A DNA stretch of 58,920 bases, counting the filler, from Sphacelaria rigidula (Eukaryota): the NCBI GenBank assembly GCA_964200075.2. It is 6 parts of 6 records of this genome, joined end to end, with 100 filler letters (N's around TTAATTAATTAA, not from the genome) between each part and the next. Parts side by side here need not be neighbours in the genome. Positions count along the whole stretch, not along the records: positions 49,185 to 58,920 come from CAXNAA020007870.1; 5 more parts are not named here. One strand, given 5' to 3'. Made by a program: the position numbers and the translations under genes. This document shows positions 50,932-58,920 of the stretch, piece by piece; the first letter of the stretch is position 1; every line of letters starts with the position of its first letter. The notes under the pieces are model-generated. The model saw nothing but the letters and a program-made list of their open reading frames with translations, was not told the origin of the DNA and made no database searches.

Positions 50932-51013
50932 GTACTTGTCGACAGAGGAGACCGCATTATACATAACGGGTCAGACCTTCACCGTTGACGGCGGCATGGC
51001 TATCGGCGCGTAA
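50932..51013 (+). CDS. fabG: 3-oxoacyl-ACP reductase (FabG-like SDR), last exon
   Basis: Long polypyrimidine tract then tttcaag|G, phase 2. YLSTEETALYITGQTFTVDGGMAIGA-stop. Confidence 0.92.
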
Positions 51014-53316
51014 TATGAGCACGAAGTCTGTTTGTTTTTGCTCCCGCCAGTCTTTCAGAAAAGGCGCACGGGGCGCACGGAAAGGAGCATCATTTTCGTC
51101 TTTGTAAAGATAGCTCAAATAGTCAACAGGTGTTCAGGCTTACGCGGCAGTCGGGTTGTGCGCGGGGGCCTTCTGCTTGATAAAACCCGATGGGCGTATC
51201 CATGAGGAAGATCCGTCTGTAGGTGATGACCTTTCCCCGACGAAGCACCATTTATAAACGCGGCGTGGGTGGGGGGGGGTTGGGCGGGGAGAGTGTATCT
51301 TTGTAGGGGGAGGGGGCGTGTCGATGATATACAGATTCAGTGTTTTGGGCGCTCTTCGCGAATTAACTCACGGGGCGACGATCACGGGCGAATGCTATCT
51401 CATATAATTCGCACTTCCTCAGCGTCCCCAGGGTATTGTCATGGGCATGAAGCCGACAAGGTGTGCTTACAACATGAGTCACGCGGTGAAACGCACGCAA
51501 TGTCGAGCTATTCTTCCGCTTCGTATAGCCCTCGTCAGCCCGCCATTTCTGTCCTGGGAGTATGCGCTCAAGAAATCTGATTCGACGTTGTACGCACGTT
51601 GGTCATCCTCCAACTGTTGTGTAAGTTGTGGGTGGTTACACATGCCGATTCCGACACACTATGCACCGCGCTCGAATGCTGTCGCTGACGTCCGCAGAAA
51701 TCCGTTCTGCTTCGTCACGAATGTAACGGTCAACTTTTTTTTATCGTTGTCAACAGGAAAGCTCACCTCCAGGTAGCGTAACATGTAGTGGACACCGAAA
51801 AATCCCCTCGGTCGGACGTACCCACAGCGACGACGGGTCAGTGTTGTATGTTCTATCTAGGCTTGATGAATGGCAAAAGAAGAATCTGTGTGAGGACAGT
51901 ATCACCTTTTGTTGAGTCTGATTTGAAACGAACGAGAAAACGCCCCCCCCCTCTCTTTGTGGTCTCCTAGTCGTACTCTCCTGGGGAAATGAGGATGTGT
52001 GACCCGCAGTTGTCTTCTTGTTGCTCCGTGGTTCAAATATGCTCAAGCTTTTGTCCAGTAATTAGTGTGTGCTCGTCCCCTGTCCGCCGTTTCCTCATTG
52101 CAGCTGTGAGTTGGTAGTATTATACTGTAGGCGTTGAGAAATCAAGTTGTCCCTCTCTGGGGGTGGGGAGGGGGCACAGGGCAGTGGTGGTGCATGTTAC
52201 TTCATTTGCATTTCCCAAGGTGGATGTTCGGTGGTTGGCATGTTTCGGAGGCTGCTTTTTCGAGCTGACGCAAGCAGACGGCGTTGGACACGTGCTCTTG
52301 TGGTTTTTGCTCTGGAGCGTTCCGCGTAGCTGCTTTGGCACCTGCTGTGCCGGCTGAGGTCAAGGCTGGTCGTGCCATCAACGACGGGTGGCACCTCTTG
52401 CAATTTGATACGTGTTAGAGACGCCTTCGAGCTTTCGGATGTGAGGTTTGAATTCTCCGTTTTTTCGCTTCAACTCTTCCAGCACTCGCAGGCGGACACG
52501 CGGGTCTGACGGTTCAATCTTCATAAAAAGTGATGCTGATTGGACAGACGGGCGGACGGACACTGACTACTACACCTCGGCTGCCAAAGCGTTGAAATTA
52601 CATTTGTGTGATGTATGAGTATCACCTTGGGGAAAGCCTCGTCCTGCTTCACCGCGTGTGGACAGTTTCCCACGCGGTCTGAGATTACAGTACAACCGCT
52701 GTTTTTTTTATCAAAACCACGTGGAATAATACAAAGGACCTTGTTATTAAAGGTGCTTTGCGGTGGTGGAAATCCTCGAGCCCGTTGTGGCTTCTCAACA
52801 CCCGATCATTGGCCGATGCGTTATCTTCTTCGTGACCTTCCACCAAAAGACAACCGACGTGCCACCCAGCACCTTCTTTCTATTTCAGCTGCTGCTTCCG
52901 TTGCGGTGTACGGAAAGAAGTTCCACGATTCGTTGTGCAGGTTATGTGTTCTTGTCCACAATCGGTTGAAATTACTATTTCGCGTACTGTACTGTACAGT
53001 CCATCCATGGCAACAACGGTCGTAATACTGCGACACGCATGGCATGTTCATCATACAAAATCATGACACTAATGAGCGAGAAAAAGATTTTGACACATTT
53101 TTTCGCCCGAAGAACACGCGATGACCCCGAGTCACCTATAATACTAGAATAATGATAAATGGAAATAAGGTACAAATAACTGGCTCCGCCAAAACAACGG
53201 GGATTGAATCCACATCCGAAAGAGACGGCGATACAAATAGCCAAAAGCTTCAGCGTTCAATTTAACGATTTAAATACTGATTTGAAAACGCACACACAAA
53301 TAATAGATGGAAATAT

Positions 53317-53526
53317 CTACAGCTCTAACCGCGGCAGAGTCCACGTGGGCGTGACGCCCTCCTTGACGAATAACTTCTCCAGTGCCGCTGCGGACAAGTT
53401 GAAGGGCGTGTTTCCTCCCCTTGGGTCCACCTTCAATTCTTCTCCGTGGATACCTCCAGCGATGAACAACGAGTCTATCCCAGCTGAACAAGCTCCCACT
53501 ATATCGTGCGCTAAGCTGTCGCCCAC
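53317..53526 (-). CDS. HAD-superfamily subfamily IIA hydrolase, last exon
   Basis: VGDSLAHDIVGACSAGIDSLFIAGGIH (motif IV)...PRLEL-stop; acceptor aatcag; 210 nt. Confidence 0.9.
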   Translation of the reverse strand: MGDSLAHDIVGACSAGIDSLFIAGGIHGEELKVDPRGGNTPFNLSAAALEKLFVKEGVTPTWTLPRLEL

Positions 53527-53802
53527 CTGATTTTGGAGTCGCCAACGCGAATCAGGAAAGCCGAGGAGGGGAATGAGGAGGAATGAGAGTGAACGAACGC
53601 GTTGCAAAACGGCAGTACCCGTACATCAGAAACATGTTTTCTCAAACGTGGAGCAAAGCGCTTTGCCTTGAACACACCGAAGAATATGCTGATCCATGCA
53701 ACAAGCTTCGTAGCGGCCACCACTGCAGCATGGGTGACATAAACGTGACGATCTTCGATTTGTTTTCTACATGGTTGATGAATTAGCCGCGCTTCTTGCC
53801 TC

Positions 53803-54394
53803 AACACGGGACTTTACAAATTGGGGGTGGATTCTTTTATTGTGGATGAGAAACCCGGAGATTCAAAATCTTCACATCCTGGACAAACGATTACATTGTT
53901 AAAAAGTGTACTGCGTACAGTATGGAATATATTGTCTGTAGCAATAGACGCAATAGTCGATACTGTACTCATTACTCTTTTTGACAAAGTAATTGTTAGT
54001 CCAGGGTGTTAAAATCTTCGTATCCACATCAAATCTTCGAAGTATGGTTCCATTTCGTAACTTGTTGGTAGCTTTTTACAACTACTATGCGCCATGCAAA
54101 TTTGGATTTCGACAACCGAAATATCGGGGTCCTATGTGAGAAACCAATTTGGGGAATTTCGGCGATCTGATCGGATCATCTAAATTCCCCAAAAAATGTT
54201 CTCCACGTAGGACCCCATCATGTTGGTTATCAGGATCCAAATTTGTATGGCGTGTAGTAGTTGTCAATAGCTACCAGTAGGTGAGGGAGCGGAACTCCGG
54301 TATATTTCGAAGATTTTGTGTGGATACGAGGATTTTACTCCTCCAGGTTCTCATCCTCAACATAAAATCCATCCCCAATTTGTAATCCCGTGTT
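53803..54394. mobile_element. Palindromic MITE (second copy) in HAD intron, carrying a nested MITE
   Basis: AACACGGGA..TCCCGTGTT termini; flanks CCTC and TCTC; homologous to 26645-27058. Confidence 0.85.
53873..54010. mobile_element. 138-bp nested MITE with 8-bp TSD AAAATCTT
   Basis: ~34-bp imperfect TIRs CACATCCTGGAC../..GTCCAGGGTGTT. AAAATCTT at 53865-53872 and 54011-54018. Confidence 0.85.
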
Positions 54395-54540
54395 TCTCGC
54401 GTTTTGCGTTACAGCAAGCTTGTGGGAAGGGGAGAGAAGGGTAGTTCTCACCCTCAACATAAAATCCATCCCCAATTTGTAATCCCGTGTTCCTCGCGTT
54501 TTGCCTTATAGCAAGCTTGTGGGAAGGGGAGAGGAGGGTA
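54355..54540. repeat. ~98-bp tandem duplication spanning the MITE end and its flank
   Basis: CCTCAACATAAAATCCATCCCCAATTTGTAATCCCGTGTT..GCAAGCTTGTGGGAAGGGGAGAG.AGGGTA occurs twice. Confidence 0.9.
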
Positions 54541-55582
54541 TGCACGTCACAACCTGATGATGGCAGAAGACGGAAAGAGGTACACCCCGAAGCTTTGGCA
54601 TGAAGGAGGTACACTAGATGTTGACTGAGAAGACGGCATAAGCCTCTCACATCACCGTATGTAAGGCAATACCTAGTCGTGCCCGAATGTTTTCACTGCG
54701 AGTTGTCATGTGCAATCACGACGCCGTTTGTTCCCGTTATTGCAGTCCCACTTACGACAGTAAGCGTCAGCAGCAAGTCCAAGCACATCTAGCTGTACAG
54801 GTTTCTAGCTAGGCGTCTCAGAGAGAGGTTGCTTGAACGGTGTAGAGATGTGTGTGCCGTTCAAGTAAACTCTAATGTGCACACAGACAGCACAGCAAAG
54901 GACAGCTTCATCATTACAACACAGCAGCATGCGGAACACTTCAGGCTGGTCACCCGTTTGGATCCTAATCGTCATGAGCACGTTCCTTCCCTCACTTCCG
55001 GATGAAAACAAATGACATCATCCACTGCTATGTATGACGCATGCCCAAGTTACCCCAAAAAAGTACAAAAAGGGGTACAACATGTAAAGCACACATGATG
55101 GACAAAAGGAATAGCAGACATACATGCAGAAAAGGGGGTAATGCTCAACGATAGCAGGGAAGCGGGGATACGCCATCATCGCAATCTGTAAAGATCGCCA
55201 GTGTTGCGTTGCATGCTGGGCTTTTCATTCAAAGAAGCGCTGATCGTTCGAACCCTGGGAGATTCAAGGGGCACGGGGCGAGAAAAACCGGCGTGCAGCC
55301 TTCGGAGCTCACGTGCCAAAGCCCTCTATTTTGGTGTGCCTTATTTTGGACATACCTTGGCAAGGTGTACTTCATTTGTATCTGTTGCCGATGGAATGAT
55401 ATTCAGACAGAAAAATATTGTGGAAGAAAAGGGTGAAACATCGGTGAAAGAAGAAACGATGACAGAAACTGCTTGTACCGGAATTTTTCACACCTTTGAT
55501 TGCATCTCAGATTCACGCCATCCTAGAAAGCATTGGCCAAACCTGGCCTACTCTGGCAAAGGCCCCCACATGGAAAACTCAC

Positions 55583-55639
55583 GTGAATGACTCTCTCCTT
55601 ATCCAGATCCATCTTCTGCACCGCAGCCTCGTAGTGCTC
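55583..55639 (-). CDS. HAD-IIA hydrolase, internal exon
   Basis: gacag|EHYEAAVQKMDLDKERVIH|gtgagt; 57 nt; joins GKPYK to VGDS in phase. Confidence 0.85.
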
Positions 55640-56271
55640 CTGTCATGGGAGTTGGCGCGTTAGGTTTCGGGCGGAGTTGACATATTCCGGCCGATGCAAG
55701 TAAATCGACATGTGATTGAGCGCGACACCACAGCATAGATTATACTACTGGCGTAAGCCAATACATGTCAAGGCAGGAAGAGAGACAAGAGGGGGAGCTG
55801 CCTGTTAGATAAGCAGGCGGCGGACATCGGCACCGACTGCTGTAGCTCTACCCCGGCAATTTTGTGCCAACGTGAATTTAGGGGTGATGCTGAATGGGGC
55901 TTGCGAATGTGGAAGGTATTAGCAGCCCTGTTCTACAAGAGTAATATCTTCTACTTCGTTTACGCCTGGTGGAGCTGGTTGAATTGGTGCTCATCGATGA
56001 AGAGCCGCGGTTTTTTCGAGAATCCACGTTTAGGCTGGGTCAATCGCATTCCACCCACGCCCTATACTGGGGAAAACGAGTGTGTGGCCTTCACGGATGA
56101 GTTGACAGCACGGAACCGTCCCCACAACTCGGTGTATGCGCTCGCTACTATATCGGATACCGTACAAAACATACCGTCTCTAGCCGCTCGATTTTACTTG
56201 CTCTTGTACTGCCCTGCCATTGCAAAGAGAAAATGTGGTTAGCTCAGCCAACGTGATCTGCGCGCTCGTAC

Positions 56272-56424
56272 CTTGTAAGGCTTCCCGAAGTACTCGACTC
56301 GCCCACCCATTTCCTCGTATTTTTTCGACAAGAGTCCCGGCATGTGCCAAATCCCTCCCTCGGGGTTCTTCACCGTTATGTCGGGGTTGACATTGTACAT
56401 CGGCAGATTTCGGTCGATAGCGGC
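56272..56424 (-). CDS. HAD-IIA hydrolase, internal exon
   Basis: AAIDRNLPMYNVNPDITV..MPGLLSKKYEEMGGRVEYFGKPYK (NPD and GKP motifs); 153 nt, AG/GT bounded. Confidence 0.9.
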
Positions 56425-56880
56425 CTGGCGGGAAAAAAGTGCAACCGACGGGTCGAAAACAAGAAACGCGGTGTCTGAGTACAGCACATACTACGCTCGA
56501 TGAAATGACGTCACGAATCATCATCACGATTTGGTCAAGCGCTGCTTGCGCTCGAAGGTTGTTTCCCTCCTCCTCTTTCTCCTCGCTATTATTGATAGCA
56601 CAACGAACGTCGAACCGTGCCTCGCTAGTAGCACAAGCGAACCATAAATGTTCTCCCAACACGAACAAATAAACAACACAGTCCACAAGAGATCGGCATG
56701 TGTTGCTGAATCCGTTTGTTTGCTATCGACCAAATACCCACCCATCCACCGCCATGTCCGCAAGAAAACAAAGTCGAATACTAAACGACCATGAAAATAG
56801 GCACAGAAAACTGGCTTTCAACATGCTTCCGGCCGTATATCATTGCGCGCCCAGCGACAAGCTCGAGGCGAAAAACTCGC

Positions 56881-57024
56881 CTGAAAAACGGTTTCGTACG
56901 GTTGCACATTTCCCGAGTTGCGAGTCCCTGTTCGGCTGACGCCCGACTCGTCGACGATCGTATCTGGGCCGTGACACACGATGAAAGAGGCCTCTTGCGG
57001 AGAGGAATAATCCAGTGCCAGGCC
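56881..57024 (-). CDS. HAD-IIA hydrolase, internal exon (GC donor)
   Basis: ctgcag|GLALDYSSPQEASFIVCHGPDTI..PYETVFQ|gcgagt; 144 nt. Confidence 0.75.
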
Positions 57025-57895
57025 CTGCAGGGATGGTCAACCACACGGAGAATCGTGGATTGGGGGAGACGGGGTAGGTGACAGAGTAGAGACATGCTTT
57101 TGCCCAATAAAACTGAAATGTGGTACACTCCAAGGAAATATGAGATGTTGTGAGTGAAGTTGCTTGTGAGCAATTTACAACGGGTGTAGAGCTGGCTCAC
57201 TCTGGAGAGTGAATCTATATAGCGGATCAACGTTAATTTGACTCTGAATATGAATATGGGGGGAGGGTCGTCCTTGAGAACGATACAAAAATATATCGAA
57301 GGCTGGGGGTGCTCGCTAATCTTCTTTGTTTTTTCACGGAAGCGTAAACATCAAGTTAGTCTTGGGCCACGATGAACTGCGTTAAGAGAGCCAGCACGTG
57401 AAACGTTTGGCGTATGTACCTACCCATTGGACAACTAAAATGTGTAATGTGCAACAAAGAATGAAGATCACCATCAAACAGCATCGATGCACGAACCCTT
57501 ATTGTAATCGAGCCACGCGTGGTGTGTTTGTGTGGGAGGGGGGATGATGGAAAACACGGGCGGGTAGAGGACGAGAAAGCGAGCGTAAATGGTAGCACGA
57601 TGCTGCACGAAGCCACGAGGAGCATTTCTTGGGATTACTCTTTACCTCAAACTGAATATATGTAATCGATATCCACGTCTTGCAGAAAACAAGCGTACGC
57701 GTGAAACTAATCGCACCGGAGCAACGCATTCTACGTCGAGCCCATGGCCAGGTACTACGTGTACACTGGGTTTGGACGCCCTTTTGTCTCACTGGGTGCA
57801 CGACCTACCATATCGTGAAACAACGAGCCTCCCTGGGACATTTCAAGGCGTGAACGTACAGCATATCATACGGTTAAGACATGGCACTTCCTGAC

Positions 57896-57988
57896 CTTCA
57901 AAAACCCGTCGGCGTCCTCGCCGTTCCAGCCCAACAGTATAGCCTTTCCGCCGACAAGTCCTCTTCGCGCCATGAACTGATACCCTTC
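57896..57988 (-). CDS. HAD-IIA hydrolase, internal exon
   Basis: gatag|EGYQFMARRGLVGGKAILLGWNGEDADGFLK|gtcagg; 93 nt. Confidence 0.82.
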
Positions 57989-58271
57989 CTATCGCACAGG
58001 ATCGAGTCGAATGACGAAATGGAGCAAATAACGGAGGCGGCGGCGTCGATCACGACTTGGGGGCATGACACTGGTGGAGGTGACACGGATTGAAAACGGT
58101 AGGGAAGAAGCCACTCTGTCTTTTTCCTCCTGTTCATGTTTTCTATTCTCAGTGTGTTCCCTCGTAAATCGTTTACATACAGTCATGAAAAAATACGTAC
58201 TCGCACTTTTGCGATCCCCAACGAAAAACAAGAGGCAACACCACAGCATCATGGTCGCAAATGTTACATAC

Positions 58272-58444
58272 CTCGCCAGAGGTGACTCCGCCATCGAACA
58301 GGTCGCTCCTGAAGCCATACGTGGGAAGGCGGTTCATGGTGAAGGCCTCGCGCTTGGACGTGTTGCTCAGGATCACCATGCGTTTCCCTTTGGTGCGAAG
58401 CTCCTCTAGGCACTCCACGGCCCCAGGCAGTGCCTCTTTTCCGT
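58272..58444 (-). CDS. HAD-IIA hydrolase, most 5' exon seen (motif I exon outside window)
   Basis: (D)GKEALPGAVECLEELRTKGKRMVILSNTSKR..GF..DLFDGGVTSGE|gtatgt. LSN.S.R and TSGE are typical of the TIGR01459-like group. Confidence 0.9.
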
Positions 58445-58920
58445 CTGTGGGATGTGAGGTGTATATTTATGTGCGAGTGCGAACAAATTTGGGCCTTGGA
58501 TGCAAAATATGTGCAGTCGTCTCCAGCTTACTGTCGTACAACATTCGTGCTTCGTTTTTCCTTATTACATCATTGAAACGTGTAGCGCATCTCCCAATTT
58601 CGACATCCTCCCTTGCTCCCAATACAATGGTCCGAAGCCAATATCTTCCACATTCGCCAAAAAGCAGCTTGAATTTTTACCTTGAAGGTCTCTGCAGGCA
58701 ACTGAAGCCGCTACAGGGGTCGTCTAGACGTATCGCGCATAAACACTTGCGGGACTTCGCCCCTTCTATGAACCGTCTTCAGTCCATAATGCCCCTCCCC
58801 CCTCTGGTTGCACACCCATGAGGCAGTGTAAAAGCCGTGGCTGTCTCTGGAAGTGGCGATACCACAGAATAAAGCAACTCATTGTTGGCTGTCACCCAAT
58901 TGCAAGATACTCAGTGGGCT

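Overview
Eukaryotic nuclear DNA, repeat-rich, with spliceosomal introns. It is most likely a brown alga or related stramenopile (inferred from the ROCO/COR gene style, RTE LINE and intron architecture). The window is not one locus. It is six contigs of 9737, 9737, 9737, 9737, 9736 and 9736 bp joined by 100-bp N spacers containing TTAATTAATTAA, i.e. size-sorted unplaced contigs, so nothing can be inferred across the gaps. Contig 1: Copia remnant, a ~360-nt near-perfect foldback (miRNA/hpRNA candidate) and a decayed intron-containing IS630-Tc1-mariner transposase with a very long (~124 aa) second-D-to-E spacer. Contig 2: last three exons of a ROCO-type gene (COR plus a C-terminal domain). Contig 3: Gypsy remnant, palindromic MITE and a ~235-bp tandem array. 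Contig 4: unassigned minus-strand exon-like fragments. Contig 5: RTE LINE 3' end, hAT remnant and microsatellites. Contig 6: last two exons of a fabG-like reductase, convergent with six exons of a HAD-IIA hydrolase that has a GC-AG intron and nested MITEs. No CRISPR array, rRNA or intact tRNA was found.
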